Position numbers and translations under genes: made by a program. Under the pieces are notes generated by a model. That model searched no databases. It had not been told where the DNA came from and was given only the letters and a program-made list of their open reading frames with translations. DNA of 64,000 nucleotides. It comes from a candidate division WOR-3 bacterium (GTDB taxonomy: Bacteria; Hydrothermota; Tepidihabitantia; Tepidihabitantales; Tepidihabitantaceae). Positions within the stretch are counted from its first letter, which is position 1, and every line of letters starts with the position of its first letter. This document shows, piece after piece, positions 19,843-29,149 of this stretch. Where the stretch lies: the NCBI GenBank assembly GCA_965648905.1, contig CBFGIT010000012.1, positions 1-64,000 of the forward strand. The letters run 5' to 3'.

Positions 19843-22397
19843 TCCTGGATGACCAGCTTCTGTGTGGCGGTGCGGCCGGACGAAGTCAGGCGGACGAGGT
19901 ATACGCCGGCGGGCATTGACCTGAGGTCGAGCACGACGCTTGACGCTTGACGCTCTACGCCATACGCACGGGAGAGGACCAGGCGGCCTGAGGCGTCGCA
20001 GAGGGAGATGGCAAGAGGCGAGGAGCGAGGGGCGCCAAGCGTCCTCACCAGCGCCTGGCCGCGGCAGGGGTTGGGGCTGATGGTGAAGCTCGGGCCCAGG
20101 CGCAGTGGGACTGGGGTCTGCCTGACCACACCTGAGGGGGAGAAGTCGATGAGCGTGACAAAGTCCGGGCCTGGGCCGGCAACTGCAGCCAGGTCAGTTG
20201 CCGCGCAGTAGTCGAACTGGGCCGGGACCGCAGGCAGTTCGACATGGTCTTGTCCTTTGTGGACGTGGCCGAGGAAGTTGCCGACCGAGGCGGTGAGCAC
20301 GACCGGGTTGCCGGCAAGGTCGAAGTCGATACCGTTGAGCGGGCCGTAGCTTGAGTAGGAGATGGTGTTGATGAGCGCACCGGTGCGCGGGTTGACGAGC
20401 GAGACGGTCTTGGCGCCGTAGTTGCCGATGCCCATCTGGTCGAGTGCGCGGTTGTAGGCAAGGCGCATGGGATATTGGCCGGATGAGCGGGTGGCGATGA
20501 CCGAGGAGTTGGCGCCGTCAATGCGCATTACGGTGTAGGTTCCGGCCATGTAGTTTGTCACCGTCGCATATTCGCCGGTCGAGTCGAACTCGATGCAGAG
20601 CGGAAAGTCACCTGTGGTAAGGGTGGCGACGATTGTGTTGGTGGCGGTCTCGATGACGTGGACCTGGTCGTCAAAGGATGCGGCCACCAGGCAGTACTGG
20701 CCGGTCGGGCTCATGGCCAGTCCGCTCCAGACTCCGTACGAACCCCAGACAATGCCGATTTCGCCGCAGGGGATATTGGCGACAACCTGGGCGCTGGACA
20801 GTCGGACGCAACTGACCGTGTTCGAGCCGATATTGCCGACATAGGCAAAGGAGTCGTTCGGGGTGATGACGACCGTGGCCGGGCCGGAGCCAACAGTGAC
20901 TGTGGTCATCGAGTTCCGGGCAAGGTCGACGATTGCGATGTTGTTGCCGTTGAGCCCGGTGACCACGGCCCGGCGTGAGTCAGAGGTGAAGGCGATGTCC
21001 TGGGGTCGGTCGCCCAGCGGGATAATGGTCTCGACCTCGGCTGTGGCAGTGTTGATGATGGAGAAGTTGTCGGAGAGCACGCTCGTGGCGATGCAGACTG
21101 AGCCGTCCGGGCTGAGCTTGACCCGGTGGGGCGCGTCGCCTTCTGGTTCGGCGCCGGAGTTGGTTGTGCCGCGGTAGACCGGGGTCGGGTTGGTGAAGTC
21201 GTAGAAGTAGATGCCTTCGTGACGGTGGGGGTCGAACCCGACAGCATGCGGGCCGACCGGCGAGACCGCACCATAGGATTGAGAGTTGCCTGCGTGCTGG
21301 CCGAGCAGAAGTTCGGTCTCGAAGTCGATGATTGAGAATCGGTACTGGCCTGAGACCGCTTTGGAGTGGTCGGCCGAAGTACCGAGCCAGAACGCCGAGT
21401 AGGTCTGGGTAAAGGTAACGAAGTCGTGGGTTTGGAACCTGACCAGGGTCGAGGTGTTGTTCGACGTGCCGAGAAAAGCTTTGCTTCCGTCCATGTTGAC
21501 CGCAGCGTCGATCGTGTAGATGCCATAGCCGGTGATTGTCACCGAATCCAGAACCGCGCGCGTGGCGACGTCGAGCTGGTAGATGACTGCGGGCGTCGCA
21601 TACTTTGCGGTGATGAGCTTTGAACTGTCGCCCGAGTAGCGGACGAACCAGCACCGGCCAAGGCCGGTGATGGTATCGACTTTGGTACCGGTTGCCACGT
21701 CAATCCAGTAGATGAAGTTGCCGGTGTCAGGCACGATAAGACAGGTTCCGTCAGGCGTGATTTCGAACTCAGAGAAGCTTGCCGCGAACCGGCCGTTCTC
21801 GCTGTTCCAGCTTACCGTGACAAGGTAGAACGGGAAGTCGGTCAGGGTGCGGATGCGGGCAAGGGAGACAAGGTCGTAGACTTCGCAGGTGTTGGAGATG
21901 TCGCAGCCGACATAAGCGCGCGTGCCGTCCGGACTCGTGCGTACAACCCAGGGCTGTTCGCCTGAAGCTAATCGGGCGAGCACAGTCCAGTCGCGGACGC
22001 GGACGATCGTGACCGAGTCGGCGAACGGCCGGCAGATGACAAGCAGACTGTCGGTTACAGCCATGCCGGCCGGGTAGGAGCCGACATCGAGTGTGGTCTC
22101 GGCCCGCATCGTTGCCCAGTCGAACACGGTGATGTTGCCGGTCATGCGGTTCGAGGCAATTACCTTGCTGCCGTCGCGGGTGAAGATGACGCGGTCCAGG
22201 TAGTCGCCCTCGGGCGCGATGCCAGGGTCAACGTTCGTCCGTTCGTAGAACGTTGCCGTGTTCACGAAGTCGGCGAGCGTCTGGCCGGGTTGGGTAACTA
22301 CCCGGCTGAACTCAGGCTCGCCGGTGCGGCTTGTAGCCGAGGCAAGGGAAAGGGAAACGATGGCAGCGAGCAGGCAACAGGCTCCTGTCCTTTTCAT
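19839..22397 (-). CDS. secreted YVTN/YncE-type beta-propeller protein with T9SS-like C-terminal domain
   Basis: Signal peptide, repeated VG..P..(I/V)..TPDG..AYV motifs, C-terminal SPNP...DASGRLV...AGVYLVRL...QKLVI. Confidence 0.85.
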   Translation of the reverse strand: MKRTGACCLLAAIVSLSLASATSRTGEPEFSRVVTQPGQTLADFVNTATFYERTNVDPGIAPEGDYLDRVIFTRDGSKVIASNRMTGNITVFDWATMRAETTLDVGSYPAGMAVTDSLLVICRPFADSVTIVRVRDWTVLARLASGEQPWVVRTSPDGTRAYVGCDISNTCEVYDLVSLARIRTLTDFPFYLVTVSWNSENGRFAASFSEFEITPDGTCLIVPDTGNFIYWIDVATGTKVDTITGLGRCWFVRYSGDSSKLITAKYATPAVIYQLDVATRAVLDSVTITGYGIYTIDAAVNMDGSKAFLGTSNNTSTLVRFQTHDFVTFTQTYSAFWLGTSADHSKAVSGQYRFSIIDFETELLLGQHAGNSQSYGAVSPVGPHAVGFDPHRHEGIYFYDFTNPTPVYRGTTNSGAEPEGDAPHRVKLSPDGSVCIATSVLSDNFSIINTATAEVETIIPLGDRPQDIAFTSDSRRAVVTGLNGNNIAIVDLARNSMTTVTVGSGPATVVITPNDSFAYVGNIGSNTVSCVRLSSAQVVANIPCGEIGIVWGSYGVWSGLAMSPTGQYCLVAASFDDQVHVIETATNTIVATLTTGDFPLCIEFDSTGEYATVTNYMAGTYTVMRIDGANSSVIATRSSGQYPMRLAYNRALDQMGIGNYGAKTVSLVNPRTGALINTISYSSYGPLNGIDFDLAGNPVVLTASVGNFLGHVHKGQDHVELPAVPAQFDYCAATDLAAVAGPGPDFVTLIDFSPSGVVRQTPVPLRLGPSFTISPNPCRGQALVRTLGAPRSSPLAISLCDASGRLVLSRAYGVERQASSVVLDLRSMPAGVYLVRLTSSGRTATQKLVIQD

Positions 22398-22409
22398 GGT
22401 TGCTCCAGT

Positions 22410-23867
22410 CTAGTCGGTAAGTACTATGGTCGTGCTCAACTCGCCCACGCGGAGGAAGTAGGTGCCAGCCGGCATCGACCGGAGGTCGAGCCGGAATGAC
22501 GAAGTTCGAATGTCGATTGACGAATGGACGACTCGGCCCGAGGCGTCGTACACGCAGAGGGCAAGAGGCGAGGAGTGGGAGGCGAATGGCGTCCGGACTA
22601 CCGTCTGGCCGCGGCAGGGGTTGGGGCTGACTTCCAGCTTAGTGGGTCGAGCTTGCGGCGTGGAGGTTTCTGCGACCGCCATCGGGTGTTCGTAGACTCG
22701 AATCAGGTTTCCGACCGGAGCCATAACCATGAACAAGCTGCTCACAAAGGCCGGGCCGCTGTAGTAGGCATAGGGGTAGTCCTCATGCCAGATGGTGTCG
22801 AGGTTGGGGGTGAGCGCCCAGAGCTTGCCTTCGCCGCTGCCGTTTGTCGCCATCACAAAGACGTAGCCGTACCGGTCGATGGAGATGCGGGGGACAAGCT
22901 CGCGCGAGGTCACGAGCTCGGGCGAGGAGTCGAGCGCCGCACCGGTGCTGAGGTCAAGACGGTAGAGCTTGCGGCCCATGGGCGCATACAGCCCGTGCGA
23001 ACTGACCCCGAAGTTCATCCAGACACCGCCGCCTGAGGTTCGGCTCCATCGTTCATGGAAACCTGCGCTGTCGTAGACCAGGGCATAGAGCAGGCCGCCG
23101 TCGCGCTGGCAGTAGATGACGCCATCCGGGCCGACAGCAAACGGCCATTCCTGGTCCCCGTCACCAGGGAGCTCGGGCGAGGAGTCGAGTATCACGCCGG
23201 TGTTGGTGCTGATGGCAAGCAGCTTCTTGGGCGTATTGATGAACCCTTTCCAGGTGTAAAGGATGGTGTCATACACGCACATCCATTCAGCACCGGTGTT
23301 GGGGAGAGGCCGGTACCGGGTCCAGACCGTGTCGCCGGTCTCTTTGTTCAGACAGAGAATTACCGAGCCTGAGCCGGCAAGGATGATATTGCCCTCTGGC
23401 GTGTAGTTGGCGGCCCAGACGATGCCGCGCTCCACGGTCCAACGCGACTGCCAGAGAATCGAGCCGTCTTCGGGGTTGATGCAGTAGACCGTGTCATTGC
23501 CGGTTTCTCTGAAGTTGCGGCAGTAGATGCGGTTATCGCGGAAACCGATAGGCAGTATCTTGGACTGGGCCGGGCCGTAGACTCTGGTCCAGCACGTTTC
23601 GCCGAACGGTAACTGGTGGCAGGCGAGCGTGCCGGTCATGGTGCCGAAGTCGTAGCGCATCGTGACCGCTTTGAGCCCGGCGGCATAGACCTGCATGCCC
23701 AGGGTCGAGTAGGGCGACCAGCCCTGGTGGACTATTGCGCCCTGGACCGGGCCTTCGCAGTCGGAAAGTCCGTTGTGCTGGGAGTTGCCGCCGACCGTGG
23801 TCCAGTCAGAGCCAGGGCAGAACGAGAAGGCAGCGGTCAGCAGAAGGACGATAGTTGACCTGACCAT
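22410..23867 (-). CDS. secreted PQQ-like beta-propeller protein with T9SS-like C-terminal domain
   Basis: Signal peptide, DW...GGN.QHNG, repeated LYAL...G...W Trp-docking motifs, SPNP...YDASGR...AGTYFLR. Confidence 0.82.
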   Translation of the reverse strand: MVRSTIVLLLTAAFSFCPGSDWTTVGGNSQHNGLSDCEGPVQGAIVHQGWSPYSTLGMQVYAAGLKAVTMRYDFGTMTGTLACHQLPFGETCWTRVYGPAQSKILPIGFRDNRIYCRNFRETGNDTVYCINPEDGSILWQSRWTVERGIVWAANYTPEGNIILAGSGSVILCLNKETGDTVWTRYRPLPNTGAEWMCVYDTILYTWKGFINTPKKLLAISTNTGVILDSSPELPGDGDQEWPFAVGPDGVIYCQRDGGLLYALVYDSAGFHERWSRTSGGGVWMNFGVSSHGLYAPMGRKLYRLDLSTGAALDSSPELVTSRELVPRISIDRYGYVFVMATNGSGEGKLWALTPNLDTIWHEDYPYAYYSGPAFVSSLFMVMAPVGNLIRVYEHPMAVAETSTPQARPTKLEVSPNPCRGQTVVRTPFASHSSPLALCVYDASGRVVHSSIDIRTSSFRLDLRSMPAGTYFLRVGELSTTIVLTD

Positions 23868-23995
23868 AGTGCATTATAGAACCGTACCGGCTGCGGGTCA
23901 AACCGGCCCGACGGCAGTCGGACTTCGTAGTCCCCGCTCGACTTCGGTTGCCGGCGCGCTTGACTTGGACAGGGCACTTGGGGTAATCTCTTCCC

Positions 23996-24319
23996 ATGAG
24001 CAGTACACTCAGACGGGTCCAGACGCTCATCGCCAAGGGCGAGGTCCGAGTATCCGACCACGGCTACGACGAGCTTGCGGCAGAAGGCATTCTGGTCCGT
24101 GACTTGACCGCTGGTGTTCAGTCTGCTCAAGTGGTCGAGGACTATCCTGACTACCCGAAAGGGCCGTGCGTGCTCGCGCTGCAGCGGGACCGGCAGGACA
24201 AACCGGTTCACGTCATTTGGGGCATTCCCAAAGGAACGACCGGTCCCGCGGTACTCGTGACAGCATACCGGCCCGACCCCGAGAGATGGAGCGACAACTT
24301 CAAGAGGAGAATCAAGTGA
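23996..24319 (+). CDS. DUF4258 family toxin
   Basis: SDHGYDE, VVEDYPDYPKGPCVLAL, PVHVIW, VLVTAYRPDPERW. Confidence 0.88.
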   Translation: MSSTLRRVQTLIAKGEVRVSDHGYDELAAEGILVRDLTAGVQSAQVVEDYPDYPKGPCVLALQRDRQDKPVHVIWGIPKGTTGPAVLVTAYRPDPERWSDNFKRRIK

Positions 24320-24531
24320 AAACCCGACGCCAGACAAAGCTCGTGCACGAAGGCGGCTACGTCGCCGAGGTGGAAGTCGAGCTGGTCGAGACCGAATCCG
24401 GCTGGTCGCCGTACCTCTCGCTGGACGACGCGTACAAGCTGGACGACGTACGCGAGGCCCTGCGTCGCGGCGACATCAGTGCGGCCATGCGACTGTCTCG
24501 GGTCTACATGCTTACACCGGTCACGGCCTAG
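24316..24531 (+). CDS. putative antitoxin partner of DUF4258
   Basis: GTGA overlap with the toxin stop; KLVHEGGYVAEVEVEL...WSPYLSLDDAYKLDDVREALRRGD. Confidence 0.8.
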   Translation: MKTRRQTKLVHEGGYVAEVEVELVETESGWSPYLSLDDAYKLDDVREALRRGDISAAMRLSRVYMLTPVTA

Positions 24532-24686
24532 CTCGCAGGCCCTCGGCTGTGGCAGGCGGGCTAACCCTCTGTCTCCACAACATCCTTGACTTCGGCGCCG
24601 GGGCAGGCAGAATCAGTACCTTAGAGTTGCCCGGCTGAGGCGTGAGGCATGTCGGGCACAGCAGCTCGAAACCCAGGAGGATTCTC

Positions 24687-27600
24687 GTGAGAGTGTTCGT
24701 ACTGGCAGCGCTGGCCATCGTGGCCGCGTCTGCCTCGGCCGGTCTAATTGAGCCGGCCTTGCAGGAACAGATGGCCCAGGTCGATGGGCGAGAGCGACTG
24801 GGCGTGATGATTGCCCTGACTCGTCAGCTCGATGCCGAGCAGATCATCAATACAGTCAAGGACAAGCAGCAGCGCTGGGAGACCACGGTCAATGCGCTGA
24901 AGGAGATGGCTTCGTACGACCAGGCCGGGCTTTTGTCCGAGCTGCGTTCGTTCGAAAGCTCGGGCAAGGTTGCCGATATCCAGCCGCTCTGGATCGTCAA
25001 TGCGGTCTATTGCGAGGCGACGCCTGAGGTTATCAACAGGGTGGCGGACCGGAGCGAGGTCTGGTTCGTCCAGTGGAACTCGATCCCGACCGAGAACGCT
25101 CTGGCGATTGCCGGTGACCCGGCAGGTCGCGACGTGCTCGACGGGTCTTTCTCGATTGAGTGGAACGTACGCAAGGTGAAGGCGGATTCGGTCTGGTTCG
25201 TGCACGGCTACACCGGCGACGGCGTGGTCATCGGCAATATCGACACCGGTTGCGACTACACCCATCCTGATTTGGCCGACCACATGTGGACCGATGCGAA
25301 CTACCCGTACCACGGCTGGAACTTCGAGCTGAACAACAACAACCCGATGGACGCCCACGGCCACGGAACCCACACCTGTGGTACCAATGCCGGCGACGGC
25401 ACAGGCGGGGACACGACCGGCATGGCGCCCAACGCACAAATCATGACGTGCCGCACCAAGACCAGCCTGAGCCCGCCGATGCCCGACACAATCGCCGAGA
25501 ACACGGTGATGAACGCGATGCAGTTCTGCGTTGCTCCGCCGCTTTCTCCGGCTAATCATGCGCACCTTCTGTCCATGTCTTTAGGCTGGCTCCATTCTTG
25601 GACGCCGCGGCGGGCGCTCTGGCGTCAGAGCGTGACCAACGTGGCCGCGGCCGGGCTGCCGTTCTTCATCGCCAACGGCAACGAAGGCGCTGGCTCGCCG
25701 CCGGACAACGTGCGCACGCCGGGCGACTGCCCGAATCCGTGGCGGCATCCGGCTGAGCCGGACGGCGGCCGCTCGGGCGCAATATCAATCGGCGCGACCG
25801 ACAACGCCGACAATCTCGCCGGGTTCTCGTCGCGCGGGCCGGTGTCGTGGAGCGGCATTTCACCTTACAATGACTATCCGTACCCGCCCGGGCTCTACAA
25901 GCCTGACTTCTCGGCCCCGGGCGTGGACGTGACTTCGACGCGCCTGGGCGGCGGCTATACCCAGATGTCGGGTACGTCGATGGCCACGCCGTGCGCGGCT
26001 GGTATCTGCGCCCTGATGCTGGAAAAGAACCCGAACCTGCTGCCTGAGGAAGTCTCGGAAATCATGCAGAACTCGGTCCTGCCGCGCGGGACCCAGCCCA
26101 AGAACAATGAGTACGGCACAGGCCGGATTGACGCGCTGCGCTGTATCGAGAACACGCCGCTGCCCGGGCCGCGGCACGACGTAGCCCTGGACAAGGTGCT
26201 CGCGCCTCAGGCGAAGATTGACCCGCTCGTGCCGCTGGCACCGGTCTGCATCGTCAAGAACCGGGGCACATTTCCGGAGCCCAACGTCCAAGTCTACTGC
26301 AAGGTCGAGTCTTTGGGTACGACCATCTACAGCCAGAGCCAAACAATCACCCTGCTCGACTCGGCCGGTGTGGATACTGTAACCTTCCCGAACTGGAACG
26401 TCGGGCCGGGCAGCCAGACCTATGACCTGACCTTCTGGCACTTCTATTCGCCCGACACCAACCGCCGCAACGACACCCTGCGCCAGAGCACGACCACGCG
26501 CGGGCACGACCTGTCGATGCAGAGCATGAACGTGGGTTCACGAGTGCGAGCCTTGACGCCGTTCACGCCAACCGGGTTCATCTACAACCTCGGCGATTAC
26601 ACCGAAGCCGGATTCAGCGCCTTCTGCAAGATAGAGTCGGCCGGAGTGCAGGTCTATTCCCAGACCGTGGTGGTCGACTCAGTACCAATCGGTGCGACCA
26701 GGCCGGTCGCTTTTCCGGCGTGGAACGTCGGGCCGGAGAGTACACACTATACGCTGACGATGTGGCATAACTGCGGGCCGGACCAGAACCGGCTGAACGA
26801 TACCCTGGTCCGCACGACAATGTCCTCGGCCAGCGTGCTGCGCGTGGCGATTGAAATCGCGGCCGGCTCGAACGGCCGGTATCCGCCCAATGCCTGCTAT
26901 CGGATCGACTCGCTGTGCCGGGCGCAGGGCTGGACCGATTCGATTGTCGTCGGCACCGACATCGACCAGGTCTCGGAACTGGCTAACTATGACGTGGTTG
27001 TGACCGGCGACGTCGGTTACAATGACAACGACTTTCTCACCTATCAGAGTGCGCTGCTGCAGTGGGTGCGTCAGGGCGGCGGGTTTGTCGGGCTGGGCTG
27101 GATTGTCTACGGAATTGCGAACCAGAACGCCTGGCAGATGGATTCGTGCCTGGCAGTGCAGTGCGGCGGTCACTATCGGTTCCTTACGTCCGGCACGGTG
27201 AATGTGCTTAACAACACCCATCCGGTCACTGCCGGGGTTGGTACCTTCAATGTCTACGGCCATGGCGAGTACGCTGCTTTGGGGATATGGCCGGATGCAA
27301 CGATGCTCGGCGACTACAGCGCGGCTTCAGGTCAGGCGTCGATTGCGGTACGGAACGTGGGCGCGGGCCGGTCGGTCTACCTTGGGCCGATCTACTTCGC
27401 CACCTTCAGCGGGTATCAGAACGAGCCGTACTACGATGACCCGGATGCGATGCGGCTGCTCAAACAGGCGCTCGAATGGGCAGCCTGGGGCGCAACCGGG
27501 GTCGAGTCGGAAAAACAAACCGTGCTCCTGCCGCGGTTGACCGAGGCCCGGCCCAACCCGTTCTCGATTGCCGCGACCATCTGCTACGACCTGCCCCGGG

Positions 27601-27800
27601 CCGGACACGTGAACCTCGCGGTCTACGACCTTGCCGGCAAGCTGGTGCGGACGCTTGTGTCGGCGCATGAGACTCCGGGCGCAAAGAGCCTGCTCTGGAA
27701 CCGGACCGACAACTCCGGTCACGAAGTTGCGAACGGCGTGTACTTTGTGAAGCTTGCTGCTGACAACAACGTCGCCACTCGTAAGCTCGTGGTCAAGTAA
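24687..27800 (+). CDS. secreted S8 subtilase with propeptide, CARDB repeats, GATase/ThuA-like domain and FlgD-Ig C-terminus
   Basis: AGGAGG SD; DTG, HGTH and GTSMATP catalytic triad; C-terminal PNPF...YDLAG...WNRTD..G..VANGVYF. Confidence 0.92.
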   Translation: MRVFVLAALAIVAASASAGLIEPALQEQMAQVDGRERLGVMIALTRQLDAEQIINTVKDKQQRWETTVNALKEMASYDQAGLLSELRSFESSGKVADIQPLWIVNAVYCEATPEVINRVADRSEVWFVQWNSIPTENALAIAGDPAGRDVLDGSFSIEWNVRKVKADSVWFVHGYTGDGVVIGNIDTGCDYTHPDLADHMWTDANYPYHGWNFELNNNNPMDAHGHGTHTCGTNAGDGTGGDTTGMAPNAQIMTCRTKTSLSPPMPDTIAENTVMNAMQFCVAPPLSPANHAHLLSMSLGWLHSWTPRRALWRQSVTNVAAAGLPFFIANGNEGAGSPPDNVRTPGDCPNPWRHPAEPDGGRSGAISIGATDNADNLAGFSSRGPVSWSGISPYNDYPYPPGLYKPDFSAPGVDVTSTRLGGGYTQMSGTSMATPCAAGICALMLEKNPNLLPEEVSEIMQNSVLPRGTQPKNNEYGTGRIDALRCIENTPLPGPRHDVALDKVLAPQAKIDPLVPLAPVCIVKNRGTFPEPNVQVYCKVESLGTTIYSQSQTITLLDSAGVDTVTFPNWNVGPGSQTYDLTFWHFYSPDTNRRNDTLRQSTTTRGHDLSMQSMNVGSRVRALTPFTPTGFIYNLGDYTEAGFSAFCKIESAGVQVYSQTVVVDSVPIGATRPVAFPAWNVGPESTHYTLTMWHNCGPDQNRLNDTLVRTTMSSASVLRVAIEIAAGSNGRYPPNACYRIDSLCRAQGWTDSIVVGTDIDQVSELANYDVVVTGDVGYNDNDFLTYQSALLQWVRQGGGFVGLGWIVYGIANQNAWQMDSCLAVQCGGHYRFLTSGTVNVLNNTHPVTAGVGTFNVYGHGEYAALGIWPDATMLGDYSAASGQASIAVRNVGAGRSVYLGPIYFATFSGYQNEPYYDDPDAMRLLKQALEWAAWGATGVESEKQTVLLPRLTEARPNPFSIAATICYDLPRAGHVNLAVYDLAGKLVRTLVSAHETPGAKSLLWNRTDNSGHEVANGVYFVKLAADNNVATRKLVVK

Positions 27801-27819
27801 CCTGACTCCGTCACCAGGT

Positions 27820-27847
27820 GCGCGGGTGGTCTTCGGGCCACCCGCGC
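27820..27847 (+). terminator. UUCG-capped hairpin after the S8 gene
   Basis: GCGCGGGTGGTC-TTCG-GGCCACCCGCGC. Confidence 0.65.
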
Positions 27848-27890
27848 TGCTTATGGCGCTTTCGGTGATTCAGGAGTCAAGGCCGGCGTT

Positions 27891-27919
27891 TTGACGAAAG
27901 AGCGCTGCTGTGGTATAAT
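27891..27919 (+). promoter_or_regulatory. consensus sigma70 promoter facing an intergenic repeat region
   Basis: TTGACG-N17-TATAAT with TG extension. Confidence 0.65.
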
Positions 27920-28325
27920 TACTACGCATATGGCCAGGAGAATCACACATGGGGCCTTGCCGCACCCACCGCCGCTATCCACTTAGCACAATAGTATTTG
28001 CCCGCCTCGGCCCGGCCCGGTCGGTTCTGCTTTGCCGGCCCAGGGGCCGGGACAAGGCCGGCCCCAAGGGCACACCGTTACACCATCCTCAGGCGTCAGT
28101 CCGGCCTGGTCTCCTGCTGTTGCCCGAGCCCGGTCTCTTTTTTCCTCTCAGGGCCGGTGCGCACCATAGTCTGGTGGGTCGGCCCGGGCAGGCTCCTTAT
28201 CAGGCAGTAAAGGGCGTCCTCCTGGGTCGGGCCAAGCCCGGCCTTAAGGCCAGACCGACCAGCCCAGGGGACGGTTCGGGGGATGACCCGGGGGTCACCC
28301 CCCCTTGACAGGGTCGGCTGGGCTT

Positions 28326-28527
28326 GCGGCGAACGGCGAATGGCGAGCAGCGGGCTGCGCCCGCCAAGTCAAAGGTCAAAATGCAAAAGGCAAAGTGCAA
28401 GATGGTGAGCGGCGAATAGCGAGCGGCAAATGGCGAATGGCGAAAGGCGAAAGGCGAGCGGCGAAGGCAAAAGGCGAATGGCGGAATGCAGAGTGCAAGA
28501 GGCACGTGTCGAGATGGAAGATGGGGG
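28326..28527. repeat. long degenerate heptamer microsatellite
   Basis: gcggcga acggcga atggcga ... atgcaaa aggcaaa gtgcaag ... atggcga atggcga aaggcga aaggcga gcggcga. Confidence 0.85.
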
Positions 28528-28582
28528 ATGACAAGGAAGGGGCGGCACAGTGGCCGCCCCGGAGTTGTCCTGGTCTGCCGGG

Positions 28583-29140
28583 CTACTCGAGCGGCTCCCA
28601 GTACAGGTCGAGGATGGTGTTGGTCGCGCCTCTGGTGCGGAAGCAGGCCTTGACCTTCATCCCGATTCTGGCCTCGCCCCGGACAAGGTAGCCTTTCATC
28701 ACCGTGCAGGCTCCTGGTATCTTCACGTCAATCTGGTAGTAGGGGTAGCTGATTTCGATGCCGTGGCCCGGGTACTCGACGTGGGTGAAGGTGAAGACTT
28801 CGCCGATGACCGGGTTCTTCATCTCAACCCATTTCATGCGGGCGTGGCAGTCCGGGCAGTCGGCGCGCGGAGGCAGCCAGAGTCCGGTCTCGCAGCCCGG
28901 CGTCGTGCACCTGGTCGCCCGGAGTACGCCTTCTTTGAGTCCCTCGAAGAACGGGGAGAGGAGGCCATAGGTGTGGTGGTGGAGGAGGGTACGTGGCCAC
29001 TGGATGACCGTGGCCGGGTCGGTTCGCTCGACCTTCATTGGCACGCCGGTCAGTTTGATGGCACCCGGCCGGGCCGTGGGCCGGCGTGTCTTCGCTGTCT
29101 TCTTTGGCGTTTTCTTGAGAGTCTTCTTGCTCTTCTTCAT
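28583..29140 (-). CDS. DUF35 Zn-ribbon/OB-fold protein with Lys-rich N-terminal tail
   Basis: FFEGLKEG...C..C...PPRADCPDC; OB-fold IGMKVKACF; adjacent to a thiolase. Confidence 0.9.
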   Translation of the reverse strand: MKKSKKTLKKTPKKTAKTRRPTARPGAIKLTGVPMKVERTDPATVIQWPRTLLHHHTYGLLSPFFEGLKEGVLRATRCTTPGCETGLWLPPRADCPDCHARMKWVEMKNPVIGEVFTFTHVEYPGHGIEISYPYYQIDVKIPGACTVMKGYLVRGEARIGMKVKACFRTRGATNTILDLYWEPLE

Positions 29141-29149
29141 CTGTCCGGC

